From assembly GCF_009914755.1 (NCBI RefSeq), contig NC_060931.1: 64,000 nucleotides of DNA. The stretch is one strand, 5' to 3'. The DNA comes from the human T2T-CHM13v2.0 reference genome, Homo sapiens. The notes under the pieces are model-generated. The model made no database searches, was not told where the DNA came from, and saw only the letters and a list, made by a program, of their open reading frames with translations. Both the position numbers and the translations under genes were made by a program. How positions within the stretch are numbered: position 1 is the stretch's first letter; each line of letters begins with the position of its first letter. Positions 11,768-34,419 of this stretch are shown piece after piece.

Positions 11768-12718
11768 TCATACATATAGATACAGATACAGATCTATAGA
11801 TACAGATCTTGAATGCAAATATGAATGTCACCTGGAAGATATTACGCAGGAACCCATGGCACAAGGTTACACATTTTTCCATGGCCCCTGGCTGTCAATG
11901 TTAGGGGCCATAATTCTCTGCCCCAGGTGCAATTTGGTGATGTTGTTTACCTAAGTGCATCCTTATGTGCAGACTCAGTAAGTCCTCTTGACCCTCATTC
12001 TAAGTAATACTGATCCCCAGTCACAACATCTAGGGGTGAGACAAAGCGTCCGCTACCACATCCCCCAAGAAAAGATGAGTGCACACATGTATCCATCCTG
12101 GAGCCACAGCTCCTACACATAAGGAGCCAGGGATGCTCTTACCTGGGCTTTCTAATCACTGACCTCTGAGTTCCTTGTGGGTCGAAGCAGTGTTTAATTC
12201 ATCTTGGAATCCAGTGCCCAGTATGGTGGTGTCTGACCCCAAACAGGTGCATGACATTCAAATGCTGCATAGATGAAGAAGTGGTTGGATTTTCTCTCCA
12301 AGGTTGGGTTACCCCTGACTGCCAAGTGGTGCGGTTCTATGAATATCAGCTGGGACTCAAGTTGGGCAGCTCACCCCAAAGTCATGCCTTTATGTATTAT
12401 TATTCAATAATATCTACCCTAATAGGCAGAGTGTGCTAGGTTCGGTGCACTGTGCTGAGAATGCAACCCTGTACACAAACATGACTAACATGTAGTAGGG
12501 GCTGTAACACATGGCACGGGTGGGCATGTGGGAAGCGGAGAGCAGGATGGCTCAGCCCCACCCGGGGAGGTCAAGGAAGGCTCCAGAGGAGGGAACTGGG
12601 TTTTGGAGGAGTTGAAGGACTTCACCAAGGGAAGAGTGAAAGGGAAGGCTTTTTGGGCAGATGGAACAAGATCTACAGGTATTTCGCCCTCAGCAGAGCA
12701 TAGGATTTGTCAGGATGA

Positions 12719-13122
<404 letters not shown>

Positions 13123-13609
13123 CCAAGACCAGCTTTTCATGAGAGAAAGCCGCAGTGGGCTTAGCAAGGGCAGGCTGATGTGAGGCGGAAGGTGAGCACA
13201 GCATTTGGGGAGGCTAGTGCAACTGTCCCTAAAGGGCCTGCCCTCAGACAGTGGTGGTGGGAAAGAAGAGAAGGGCCTGATGCAAGAGGTGTCTGAGGGG
13301 TAGCATTGATACAGGACTCAGTGGCCCATTGGATGGGGACATGGTGTGTGGGCTGGTGTGTGTGGTGTGTTGAGGGCAGAAAGACACGGCAGGACTGCAT
13401 GAATTATCTGAGTGCCATGGTTGGAGGGAGAGTAAATGAAACAAACTGTGATGGAGAATATAAGAAGAGAAGCAAATGTGGGAGAAGAAAATGATGGGTC
13501 CAGTTTCAAACAGGTTGACTCTGAAGACCCATGACCACATCTCAAAGTTATATCCAAGACAAGACTCAGGGGCTATGTCTAGAAGTTCTTTCCTTCCCCC
13601 CCGCCCCCC

Positions 13610-13733
13610 AATAAATAGAGATGGGGTCTTGCTGTGTTACCCAGGCTGCTCTCAAACTCCTGGCCTCATGTGATCCTCCCAGCTTGACCTCTCAAAGTGC
13701 TAAGATTACAGATGTGAGCCACCACACCCACCC
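13610..13733 (-). mobile_element. FLAM / Alu left monomer
   Basis: Monomer similarity; flanking CTAGAAGTT repeat. Confidence 0.8.
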
Positions 13734-14075
13734 TAGAAGTTTTATCTGTGACAGTAAAGCTCAGACCTAAAGTCAGGACTGGAAATGGAGATCCGAGAAC
13801 CATAACCAAGCAGATGGGGTTGTAGCCATGACTGTAGATGATGGGCCAGGAATATTCTGCAGTGGAGAAGAGAAGAGGCTGAAGGCAGAGCCCTTCAAAA
13901 TATCAACATTAAGGAATGGGCATAGGAAGAGGATATGGAGAATGTATTGCTGAATAGAAAGTCAACCAAAAGAGAAGGGACCCATAGAAACGGAGGGAGG
14001 AGAATGTTTTAATAAGAACAAGGTGGTCAAAAGTGTCACCTGCTCCAAGGACTGAAATCTACCAGCTGAAGTTTA

Positions 14076-14555
<480 letters not shown>

Positions 14556-14719
14556 AAAATTGGAAATGTGTACATGACTGTGGGCCAAGAGGAAGACAAT
14601 AATTGAAAGGGAGAAGTTACAAGAGATGGGGTGAGAAGCAGAGATAGAAGGACTAATCTCAGGCCAAGGGAACTTCGTCACTGAAGGTATGGATGGAGAT
14701 GCAGTTTGTCATGGTTGAT

Positions 14720-14920
14720 AGGAATAGCCTTGGAATGAGTCAGCCCAGAACTTCATCTTTGCTTTGTGACTTAGTAGCCATGTGATTTTGAGCTTTTACT
14801 TAACTTCTGTGAGCCCGAGTCTTCCCCTCTATGAAATAAGTAACATCAATTTTGCAGAATCTCTGTGAGAATTTGTGTGTGGGGGGGATGCACAATGCCT
14901 AGCTGGTGCACAATAAATAC
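14720..14920 (+). mobile_element. MIR
   Basis: acttagtagccatgtgattttgagc...acttaacttctgtgagcc. Confidence 0.65.
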
Positions 14921-15881
14921 ATTTAAAAAGTAAAACTTTGTGTCCACAGCAGAGCTCCAAGGCCCATGTGATTCCTGCTGCATTCACTCCGGTGAGGAGC
15001 CTGCTCTTCAGCAGGCGTTTTTCTTTTGGACGCTCTTCGCCGTGGGTTGGAAGAGCAGGTCATGCCCTGGCGCAGCAGGAAGAGAGGGTTTTCCACAATG
15101 GCTGCATCCATTGCAGGCCAGAGCTGTGGGTTGCAAAATTGGGGTTGTCCCTCCTGCTCGGATGTAATGGAGTTACCTGAACGTGGGCCCTTGGGACCAG
15201 GCCTAGCACCTAAGAGAGAGCTGAAGGCTCAGCAGATGTTAGAGAGCACTTGACCCAATGTGGGAAGAAAGCAGAGTCCTAGAGAGTGGAGGTGAAGTCC
15301 TCATTCACTCAACTCGTCAACAGCGCAGGTTCCAGAACCAGCTTAGAACTCTAGCTCCTGTTCTAACAGCCCATTGCATGCATCTGTGTCCCACAGCTGT
15401 TGGTCTTACAACTCAAAAAAGCACAGGTCCCCTGGCAGGTGCAAAAGAAAATGTGCCATGGAGATGAAACTGGGGGAGGGAGTTACGAGTCAATTACTAC
15501 TTATGTTGAACTAAAAGAAGCCCAAGGCATCAGCTTCGGCTCAGTCTTCTCCATACACCCCAAGCTGCTTTCCATTCTCACTCAGCCCCTGACTATTCCT
15601 CCCATTCCCCTGCCCAGTACAATAAAAACAGCATGCAGTTAGCTTCCTCCACCCCGGAGGCTGACCAGGACCAGAATCAGCACTTGGATAGTACTGCATG
15701 GAATTTTGCCTGTATTCTGGGCATGGTGCTGAACGCTTTACATTCCTAACATAATTTAATCTTCATACATCTGGAAAGGTAAATATATTACCATGATCCC
15801 ATTTTACAGATGAGCAGATGAAAACCTTATTTCCCTAGGATAACCCGAAGATAGAAATGTGTATTACTCTGTTTTCACATT

Positions 15882-16654
<773 letters not shown>

Positions 16655-16707
16655 CATTGCTATAAAGAAGTACCTGAGGCTGGATAATTTATAAAGAAAG
16701 AGATTTA

Positions 16708-17191
<484 letters not shown>

Positions 17192-17208
17192 TTAAATGAC
17201 CAGATCTC

Positions 17209-17561
<353 letters not shown>

Positions 17562-17997
17562 TCACTCATTTTTGCAAGGACGGCACCAAAAGGGATGGTG
17601 CTAGGACATTCATGAGAAATCCACCCCCATGATCCAATCAGCTCCCCCTAGGCCCCACCTCCAACATTGGAGATTACATTTCTATATGAGATTTGGGATG
17701 AGACGATATCAATGTGGCTTTGTTATGTGGCCCTGCTGCCTGACGTTGACATGTATGCAGCTAATTTCCCTGATGAGCTGTGGCTGCTTGAGGACAGAGC
17801 TGTGCCTGGCTCTCCTTCACACCCTTGGCAGTGCCTGACTTTTGCATCCTCACCGTCTCCTCTCCTTCCTTCCCTTCACCTGCCACCAGAGAAGTGGACT
17901 CGAAGTCAGATGGGATTTCATCCCGCACCTGCCCAAACTCCCTAATTCTGGCCCCCGCTAACCTTTCCAACCTCTTCTCCCACTGCCTGGGAGAAAA

Positions 17998-18645
<648 letters not shown>

Positions 18646-19392
18646 TGAATGCTTTAGATGCTGCTCTTTGTGCCGGATTTAACCTGCTCCCACCTGCCAG
18701 TGATCTCCTAGCCTATTCTGGCCTGAGCCCTGCCCCTCAGGTCAGAGAGAAACACTTCCTCCTCTGGATTCCCTTTGCCTTGTGCTGGTGCTTTCATTCA
18801 CTGTCTGATTTTGCCTGCCTTTTGTTAGTCACGCACACGGACAGACCTTTCGTTAGTTATGCACACAGACAGACCTCAAGTTCTTTCTTTGAGGGCAAAA
18901 ACCTCACTTTGTTTGTGTCCGTTTCATTCTCAGCACAGCATCTGGCCCAGGTTGAGGGCTCAGTAGTTGCAATATTGGCATTCAGTAATAAGAACAACGT
19001 GAATGCTATCTGGAGTCCACCAATCCTTACCGTGTGTGCTAGCACTGAGCTACGTGTTTTACATGGATGGGCCCATTGGATCTTCACAACAACTCCACGA
19101 GGTAAGTGCTGTTATTAATCTTGTTTTACTGATAAGGAATTGGAGGCCTTTGTGGAAATTAAGTAACTTGACTAAAACCACACAGCTTAACAGTTATGGA
19201 GTCAGGGTTCATACCCGGCAGCCTGACTCCCAAAACTACTACGATATTCAGAGCGTGAATAAATGGCTGCAAAGAGATATTCATTGTATTACAACTTTGC
19301 CTTCTGTGTCCCATAAACATGGTGAAAAGATGAACTATCTGCCCCTAGGAACAATCTAAAATATATGATGCTGATGAAGCAGACTACTAGTG

Positions 19393-19698
19393 TTTTTTTG
19401 TTTTGTTTTGTTTTTGAGAGGGAGGGTCTCAGTCTGTTGCCCAGGCTGGAGTGCAGTGATGCAATCTTGGCTCACTGCAACGTCTACTCCCGGGTTGAAG
19501 CAATTCTCCTGCTTCAGTCTCCCTAGTAGCTGGGATTACAGGTGTGTGCCACCACACCCAGCTAATTTTTGTATTTTTAGTAGAGACGGGATTTCACCAT
19601 GTTGGCCAGGCTGGTCTCGAACACCTGACCTCAGGTGATCTGCCTGCCTCTGCCTCCCAAAGTCTTGGGATTACAGGGGTGAGCCATCAGGCCCAGCT
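19393..19698 (-). mobile_element. AluS-like
   Basis: TSD GACTACTAG. Confidence 0.9.
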
Positions 19699-19730
19699 GA
19701 CTACTAGCATTTTTAAAAAGTCAAGGAAAT

Positions 19731-20049
<319 letters not shown>

Positions 20050-21119
20050 TCACCCACACAACCTCTTGTAATCACTTAACCAAAGTCATTTGTAAACTTT
20101 TCAAATCCACACCACCCTGGATCCCCAAAGAGGCCCACCCAACTTGAATAAGAACGGACACGTACTTAGCCTTACAATTTCCAGTTAACTGAGCCTTTAT
20201 TATACAATACACAGGAGACCATGCCCTGCATTGAAGGCAAACACACGCACAACTTTCCGTGTAATCACAGGATCCTGCTCAGCTGTGGGCTACTTCCTCC
20301 ATCTGCACAAATCAGAATTGCCACCCCACTCCAGCGTTTTCGCACTATTGTTCCCCACCTCTCCCTTTCACATGTGCAGAAGGCTTCCTAATTGTCTTGA
20401 TTGGTTAGTAATTATTACGGGATTCTATTCACCTTTCCTGGAAGTTTGATTCACAAATCAAGCCCGGATTTATGCAAGTCCATCATACTTTCTGCTCTTA
20501 GAGTACACACTCCGTTTTCAGGGCCTCAGGTCTCTGGGAAAAGTATGTAGCTCAGGTGTCCTTCTCTCAACAGTAAAACTGGAGCAGCCCTGCCAGGACC
20601 CATGGGGACAGGGCTGCAGACCCGCTAGAGCAAACAAGTGGCCCAGATACGGACAAATGACAGCAACACACGAGGCTGGGATTTAGCAGTGGAGGTTCCC
20701 ATGACTTCATTAACCTCTGAAGCATTGTTCTTCCCCATGTCACCGGGGCACTTGATGACAGTTGCACACTCAAAGTGCACAGCTGGGGTTGTAAGATCGG
20801 CCTCTCTGCGGCAGGAAGACAGTCAGGGCCCACAGCTCCAAGAGGACCAGCCTGGAGCAGAGGCGGCTGAGGAGCTGACGAAAAAGCAGAGCCTCCCCTG
20901 CCCCCCACCATCGCAAATGCTGTTTGCAGGGGCCATGTGGGAATTCCAGAATTCTCAAGTTGGAAAGAATCCTGACAATCAAATAGCTTAGGGGCTTGAG
21001 TAAAATCATGAACTTAGAGAATCCGAGAGCTTACAGAGCTCTTGCCTTCTCTTCCCTCACAGCACGTGTGGGTCATGCATTTCCAGATTTGGTTCTTTGT
21101 GTGTGCAGTACTGCCCCCT

Positions 21120-21240
21120 CCACGACACTCAGAGCTCCATGAGACCTCGGGCCATGTCTCTGTCTTCACACCTACACCTGAGGCCTAGCATGCGCCTGGC
21201 CTTAGTAGGTGCTCAATAAATACTGGCTGGATGAATGAAT
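21120..21240 (+). mobile_element. L2 3' end
   Basis: tagtaggtgctcaataaatactggctggatgaatgaat. Confidence 0.75.
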
Positions 21241-21299
21241 CTTCCTCCAAAGGTAATTTAAAAAGCAAAAAGTCATGTTTTTATGCTTTATTTACCATC

Positions 21300-21690
<391 letters not shown>

Positions 21691-22329
21691 GTCATGTGCT
21701 GTTTTTTATGAACCCCTAGACATAGACATAGTGATGGATGAGGCAGGGTGCGAGGGTCAAGATCCCGTGGTTTGTTCCTCTGTCCCAAGGTGGGAGTGAG
21801 TGTACCTAGTTTATTCTGAAGGGGGAGGTCCCCATCCTTTCCATAGGAACCATCAAGAGCGTGAGTTTCTGCAGCGTCCTCACATTTTAGGAAGTATCTA
21901 ACAGTTGCTTTGTCAAGGAGTTCGAGTTCTTACATCCAAGTTATTTTATCTAGACTGCTGCAAACTCACTAGGAAAACTAATTTGGACTTTTTAGAAGAA
22001 AGCCTGGATCTAACATTTATTAACATGCCTCCCTGGGGACCGCTAGACCAAAGAGCACAGCTCACACCCTTCTATCATCTGATGACTGAAGAGGCTGCTT
22101 CTCCGGCAGCAACCACCTCTTACAGGAAGGATCAAAAGACTGCATTGTCTGTGCAACTGTTAAGTACCACAGTTGCAGCCTGTTGCTTTGTCCACAGAAA
22201 TAAAGCTCTGCGACTTCCCTGCTTCCGCCCAGTGCCCTGCAGGTTCCAAAACCCCAAGTCTCCATTCCACAGGACCACCCCCAAGCCCAGCCTCCTCATT
22301 TTCCTCTCGTGACCCCTCAGCATTTTTCT

Positions 22330-22568
22330 TTCCACTTTTGTTTGTTTGTTTGCTCGTTTTTGACGGAGTCTCGCTCTTTTGCCCAGGCTGGAGTGCAGTG
22401 GCATGATCTCAGCTCACTGCCACCATGCCGGGCTAACTTTTGTATTTTTAGTAGAGATGGGGTTTCAACCATGTTGTCTAGGCTGGTCTTGAACTCCTGA
22501 CCTCGTGATCCACCCACCTTGGCCTCCCAAAGTGCTAGAATTACAGGCATGAGCCACTGCACCCGGCC
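22330..22568 (-). mobile_element. Alu with a ~65-bp internal deletion
   Basis: Junction ctcactgc|caccatgcc. Confidence 0.88.
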
Positions 22569-22878
22569 TTCTCTCCACTTTTGAAACCAAAAATCCACCC
22601 AAGGCTTTACTTGGAAACTGTAACACACTGAATACATAGAATGAGGCACCTCTACGCTACAGACAGTTGTCGAGCCTGGAACTGCCTGACCAGGTTTCTA
22701 ACCTTGAATTCAGTCTTTGAATATGTTTTCTTCTTCCTGTGTCGGGCAAGTCTAATGATCAATAGCTACTGTTTGCAGAACACTTACTTTGTGCTGGGCC
22801 CTATTTGAAGTGCGTTGCAAGCGTTATTTAGTTTTCATGACAAACCTATGAGGAACAAACAATTGTCTTCCTATTTTA

Positions 22879-23262
<384 letters not shown>

Positions 23263-23411
23263 AACTGAGGCCTAGTGAGTTTAGTGGGTTAAATCACTTA
23301 TCCAAAATCATACAGGTAGAGCTGGGCTTCAAAGCTAGGCAGTCAACTCTGCCATAGCTATTTGAAGAACTGTACCCTTCAAGTGAAAACCCCTTTCTCT
23401 CCAAGAATCCT

Positions 23412-23920
<509 letters not shown>

Positions 23921-24224
23921 TAGAAGAAGCTCCACAAATGTTTGCTGATTGAAATAATGATGAACACTAAGATGGTGGATTCTGCCACAAGTGATTCTAG
24001 GGACCAGGATGAGCATCACACTTGGCTGGGATCCTGGAGGATAGAGAATGAGTGAAAGGTACGATACTGGACTTTTAGGAGTTTGGGATCTAACTGGGAA
24101 GTTATATGTGCATGGGTTGAAATATGCAGCTTAAGGCTTAATGAAGCAACAGATTAGCGAAGGCAAAAAAAAAGCCTATCTAGATATTGATTAGTGACGT
24201 GGATCAATGTAAAACATTTTACAT

Positions 24225-24450
24225 TGAGACCAGCCTGGGCAACATGGTGAAACCTTGTCTCTACAAAAAATACAAAAATTAGCTAGGCATGGTGGTGCGC
24301 ACCTGTACTCCCAGCTACTCAGGAGGCTGAGGTGGAAAGATCACTTGAACCTAGGATTGTCAAGGCTGTGGTGAGCTGAGATTGCACCACTGTACTCCAG
24401 CCTGGGTGAGAGAGTGAGATCCTGTCTCAAAAAAAAAAAAAGAAAAAAAA
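24225..24450 (+). mobile_element. 5'-truncated AluJ-like
   Basis: Starts at gagaccagcctgggc. Confidence 0.85.
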
Positions 24451-24866
24451 AGTTATCCAGGAAAATCTGGACCATCGCCTAATTCTTCTCCATATATATA
24501 TATATATATATATGTTTTTTTTTTTTTGAAGGAAATAGACCTTCAAAGTCACTCCTTTGATCTTAACATTGCTCTCAAAATGGCAACTGCTCATTCATAC
24601 TGCAAAAAAGTTTGAGCTCTAATTTTGTGCTAGACTAGACACTGGGGCTTAAAAAGAAAAAGGAATGGGATGTGTCCCTTTCTGGAAAAATTCATAGCAG
24701 GTTGGCCAGTTATTAACATTGGTCATGGTAGTGGCCGTCTTTTTGAATGTTTATTCAAAAGACTAAACACTAGATGTTTATTACTTAATTTAATGTTCAT
24801 GTTAGGGGGGAGATACTTTCGTTATATCTATTTTAGAAGAGAAGAAAGAGTTTAAACTTACCAAGT

Positions 24867-25600
<734 letters not shown>

Positions 25601-25604
25601 GTGC

Positions 25605-25922
25605 TTTTTTGTTTGCTTGTTTGTTTGTTCGTTTGTTGAGACAGGGTCTCACTCTGTTGCCCAGGCTGGTGTGCAGTAATATAATCACAGCTCACTGCAG
25701 CCTTGACCTCCTGGGCTCAAGCCATCCTCCCACCTCAGCCTCTCGTGGGGCTGGGACCATTGGGTGTGTGCCACTATGCCTGGCTAATTTATTTTTATTT
25801 TTTATAGAGATAGGGTCTCCCTATGTTGCCTGGGCTGATTGCCAACTCCTGGGCTCAAGCCATCCTCCCGCCTTGGCCTCCCAAAGTGCTGGGATTGCAG
25901 GGGGCAGCCACCGCACCCGGCC
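25605..25922 (-). mobile_element. AluJ-like
   Basis: Reverse Alu consensus. Confidence 0.87.
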
Positions 25923-26462
25923 TTCTCATCATAATTTATATGCTCCCTGAGATCTCTCCGCCTTCCATTCCTGCTTAAATTTAAGCTCCTTGTGAGCAGA
26001 GACCGGGTCTGGCTTGTCCCCAGAATTGAGGGCCGGATCTGGGACTTTGGAACGGATCTGTGGAATGAACTTTTCATCAATGAAAGCAATGTAAAAAATG
26101 AAATGGATTCCCCAGGAGGACCTATGAGTGAAGGGTTCACCAGAGGCCCCAAAGGTGGGCATTCACGCATGGAAGGGCAATTAGACGAAAGCATCTTGAG
26201 ATGTCGAGGATGACTGTTTATTTACAGTCCAGTTTAAAATGAGGCTGTGTTTCCATCGGGGCTCAGGTCTATCAAAGGGCTTCCTTTACCTGCATAGAGC
26301 CCTTTACCTGCATGGAGCTGCATGGAGAGTTCAAAAGCCTTTGGGCAGAGAATTAGCCCTAAGGAATGAGAGAGTCACACTCTCTCAGGTTCTAGAACAA
26401 TAGGCCAAGGACAGAGAGAAGATTCAACTCTTGAGGCCAGAAAGTGTCTATTTCCCAGGCTA

Positions 26463-27399
<937 letters not shown>

Positions 27400-27784
27400 C
27401 TACTGAGGAGTGAGAAGGCTTGGTGGCCTCAGTGGCCCAGGCTGTGATGGCCAGAAGCTCCATCGAGGTCAGGGTAGCCCTGCAGGCTTCCACATCAATG
27501 GCACCTAGTGGCTGCCATCACTGCAGGAGCTGGGAGGGCTGCCTTGACTGATGAGGTTGATTGTGCCCTGGTGTGGGCTTGGCCTGCCCAGAACATGCAG
27601 TGCCTTTTCCTAACTAGCACAGATAAGCCATCTGGGCCTGGAACCATGGCAGGAGGGCAGGAGGTTGTGGCCAGACTGGAGAACCATGTTCTTACATGGG
27701 ACACTCCCTAGGGTTGAGGTGGGCTCTACAAGCTGGGAGAAGGGAGCCAGAGAATAGTGTCCAGTTCACAATCTTTGTGGCTGG

Positions 27785-28090
<306 letters not shown>

Positions 28091-28672
28091 TGTGGCTGGT
28101 TTTTCATACCTGGACTGGTTTTGTCAGAGAAAATAGAATAATGACTGTTCCTAAGACTATTAAATTATCCTTCCTTAACTGTGAGTGTCAGAGGCTCTTC
28201 CTGACCCTTCCTGGCCTTGCTCTCAGAACACTTCACACTTCAGTGGCAAGCCAGAAGGGAAGTCCACAGAACTAGAGCTGTGAGTGCATTCTCACTGACT
28301 TGAGAGCGGACAGGTTGCTAGTCCCTTCCTGGGCCCACCACAGGAGGAGAACCAGGCTGGGTGGGTGGGTCCCTACCTTCCAGGAGCTCTAGGTCTATTT
28401 GGAGGGCAAAGCACAGAGCATGCTCACGACCAAGGTGGATGGAATGCTTTAAAGCTCAGAGCTCCATGGAGCAGCAGAGCCTTGAAATGTCTTAGCCATC
28501 TGCATTGAGCACAGGAAGGTATTTTAGTCAGTGACTAAGTCTTCTTGTTCAGAGAGAGAGGTGTGATCTTGAAGGACACTTTTAGAGAAAAAGCTAACAA
28601 TCATTGAGTGTCTCTTCTGTGACAGGCATTAAGTCACATGTAGATGTTTCATATAAATTAAGTCACTTAATA

Positions 28673-29004
<332 letters not shown>

Positions 29005-29321
29005 TAATGACACTGATGTCCAAAGAGGCGGCCCACCCTGCTCCACAGCCTAGTGGTTCCAAAGCAGAGGGTCGTGGAGAAATGAAGTAGTTGATCCTAT
29101 GAGGACAAACACTGGGGATACCTTTCCATTTCTTTCTTCATTGAATTCTCAGGGCTTAACTCAGGGCCCAGAGCATAGTAAGTGCTCAATTAATATCTGT
29201 GGGATGAGTGAAAACCAAGGACAACCTGCTAGAATATTGTGGTTTATGTCGTAGGGGCATTTCCATGGGCACGGACCCACTTGATCTTCATACTGACCTT
29301 ATGAAGAAGAATGAGAGCAAG

Positions 29322-29395
29322 TATTGTTGCTGCTGTGGCTGTATTGTCGCTGCTGCCGTTGTGTTGTTGTTGTTGTTGTTTTATGGTTGCTGTTA
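29322..29395. repeat. Degenerate (GCT/GTT)n trinucleotide tract
   Basis: Seen directly. Confidence 0.8.
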
Positions 29396-29922
29396 TCATT
29401 CTCCTTTTGTAGACAAGGGAATTGACAGGCAGCGCAGAGAGTTTAAGTTTCTCCAGGGTGAGACAGTTAAGGCTGCCAGGGCTCCAGTCCAGCTCAAGTC
29501 TTCTGATCCCAAATCCCAGGTTTGTCCCAGTGTACTCTGATGGCAAAGTCAGCCAGAACCTACAGCTAATTACCTTGTTCTAATAAGGAAGTTACGGTCT
29601 TACTTCAGACCCCGAGATTGGTGCCTCCTGCCTCCTCCTCGCTTTTTCTCTCCACTCAAGGATAGCTCTGTCTTTACCTCGTAGAAGGAGGTGACCACCC
29701 CTGACTCCCCAGCAACACCATCTCCCACCATCCTGGCTTCCTTCCAGCTAAGATGGGTGGAGACACTGAGAAAATTCCTGGCCGGAAAATTCATCCTGGA
29801 AAATAGCTCAACTCTACCTGGCCTGTCATATGCGGGCAATACCATCTCAGGATGGGGTAGCGAATTAGGTGAAACTAGCATGTGGAATGCTCTGTGAATT
29901 TCCAAGCCTGTGCAAATGTTAG

Positions 29923-30250
<328 letters not shown>

Positions 30251-30661
30251 CAGTTATTATCATCTTTTCAGCATCACCTTCCTGAAATGCCTCTGTGTGG
30301 CCTCTAGAGACGTCTGGGGCTTCCAAATTGCCTTCTGAGAAGGAAGGATAATCTAATTACCTCATCCCTTTCCTTCCATGGGAATAATGGGCTGGGGCTC
30401 CATGTAAGAGGGGCATGGAGGCTGTGAGGAAGGGAAAGGAATGTTATGTTTTGTAGGAAGAGGACAGAGGAGCAGGGTTTTGTGAAACAAGCATGCAGGC
30501 CTAGTCTGCTTCACACTTCACACCTTTGCTCAGAAATAAACTTGGATGAGGCAGACTGATACCCTCAGTGAATTTTTTAGTAGAAAGGGAGGATATCCCA
30601 TTCAACAATAATTTATTAAGTTCCTGCTGTGTTCTATAAAGGTATAATAGAGGTATATTAG

Positions 30662-30986
<325 letters not shown>

Positions 30987-31045
30987 GTGCTTTTGGCTTT
31001 CTGACAACTTCCTTTCTCCACAATAGGGTCAAACGTTAGGAAAGG

Positions 31046-31703
<658 letters not shown>

Positions 31704-31875
31704 TTAGTCAGAATTATGCCTCAAGTACACACATAAATCTGTGCATTTACATGTTTACTCTTAGCTGTTCATACTTGATTTGCATATAGTTATAGCAGAT
31801 CAAGAAGTCACAAACTTGAAAGAGAAAGAGTTGCTGCTGTGGATGGATCCATAAACAATGGTCTAAAATTGGCCT

Positions 31876-32462
<587 letters not shown>

Positions 32463-33717
32463 CTACCTCTCCACCCAGGACTCAGAACTGAGACCCCAAA
32501 TTTCCAAGAAAAGGGCAAATTCTGTTCTAAGTATCTTATCTGAGACAGTAGGGGTATGTGTAGTTGCCTTTGGGAAGATTTCCACCAGAAATGATGCTAA
32601 CAAAGAAAAGATTGGGAGCATAAAAGGGTCCTACATGCACTGTTGCCCATAAATACATATCCCAGGTATCTAGCTGACCCCCAGGATGCCAGCAACAAAG
32701 GTTATCCTATGGTAGAAAGAAATGGCCCCTTCCTTCAAGAAGCCCACGCAACCTTGGAGGGTCAGGGCAGGTGACCTGACTCACACCCAGGCAGAGGCCA
32801 ACCAGGCCATGAGAACCCAAGGGTGGGGCCACAGGGAGGCCTTCTGCCAGGGCAGGCTGTGATTCCCTGAAATGTGCCAGGGGAGCGTGCGGAACATCTT
32901 GTCAGATATATAAATATCAGGCAGGCTTATTGGGTGTCTATGGCCACATACTTTTAATTCGGCAACCCTGCCCCCGGTGGTGGGCACCCTGCCAGTCTGC
33001 ATTCCCACATCCTGCCGCCGGCTCCTGGCCCACCCGTTTCTATATTGAGGAGCTCCTCTCCATAAATAAAGCACAGGAGTCAGGCACCAAAGAAAGGCCA
33101 TTTGGAGCGCCGGGAAGGCTGTCACATGGGCCAACAAAGGGCAGGAAGTGCCGGGTGGTGGCCCCTGTGTCCGTCCCCGGGCCCAGCTCACCTGGCTGGG
33201 CTATGGGGCCTTTGTGCAAAAACTATCAGGCCCAAGTCCTGAACTTCCTGCCATTTGTCAGGCTGTGCTGTGACCCGGGGTTCACTGAAATGCTTGCTGC
33301 TCCCAACAATGCACACACACATCCTTTGGAAAAATTCTCTCTCTCTCTCCCATCCAGGCAGCAATGGCTTTTTTTGGAAGCGGCTGCAGGGATGCAGGGC
33401 TGAGCAGTGGAAAGTTAGGTTGCATTTCCCTCCTGAAGAGGCCCCACTCAGAGAGGGAAAGGAGAGGGCAGAGCCCCAGCAGCAGGGGACTGAAGCTCAG
33501 GGCTCTCACCCCAGGAGCTGTGCCGCCATGGTGTGGGGGTGTCTGTGTCTGGGACTCATTTGCTTCCGGCTCCTGTTCACCACTCCAGATGCCCCCTCCC
33601 TCCTGGCTCCTCTGAGACTCAAGGGCTTCACTGCCCAAGAGTGGGAAGCAGTGAGTGTCACAAACACCTGCGTGCCTACAGAGTCCAGTTTCCAGGAGCA
33701 CAAAATCAGGACAAATG

Positions 33718-34001
33718 GGCTGGGTGGGGTGGCTCACACCTGTAATCACAGCACTTTGGGAGGCTGAGGCAGGTGATCACTTGAGGTCAGCAGTTCAAAA
33801 CCAGCCTGGCCAACATGGTGAAACCCTGTCTCTACTAAAAATACAAACATTAGCTGGATATAGTGGCGGATGCCTGTAATCCCAGCTACTTGGGAGGCTG
33901 CGGAAGGAGAATCGCTTGAACCCAGGAGGCGGAAGTTGCAGTGAGCCAAGATCACTCCATTGTACTCCAGCCAGCCTGGGCAACAGAGTAAGGCTCTGTC
34001 T

Positions 34002-34031
<30 letters not shown>
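33718..34031 (+). mobile_element. AluS-like
   Basis: TSD A(G/A)GACAAATG; long poly-A. Confidence 0.9.
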
Positions 34032-34034
<3 letters not shown>

Positions 34035-34419
34035 CAAATGTTTGAGACAGAGTCTAAGGGGATGGACAGCTGGGTGTGGGGTCATCCGCTGCACTGCCTG
34101 GACTAGTCATGTCCCTGGATCCCAGTCCTGATCTGGTGAGAGGACACTCAGGATAGCTTCCCCTGCCAATAACCAAAGCAAGAGATCAAATGACTACTCC
34201 ACTCACTTGAGCTGTGCTCAGCCCTGGTGAGGGGCTGTCGACAGTGGCTCCCAAATGCTGGGATGGACATTGATAAAGTGGTCACCTGTCCCCTGGGAAC
34301 TGAAAAAGAAAAGACATGTAATGAATCTTCCATCTTGCTAAATGTATTCCATGGAAAAGACTGTCCTCTTTTTCTGAGATTTTCTGAAACAAAGAAAAAG
34401 AAAAATATGTTGAATTTTT

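Noticed and set aside
15000-15059. 10-bp inverted repeat CCTGCTCTTC/GAAGAGCAGG
   Set aside because: Short stem with a long loop; compatible with chance in 64 kb.
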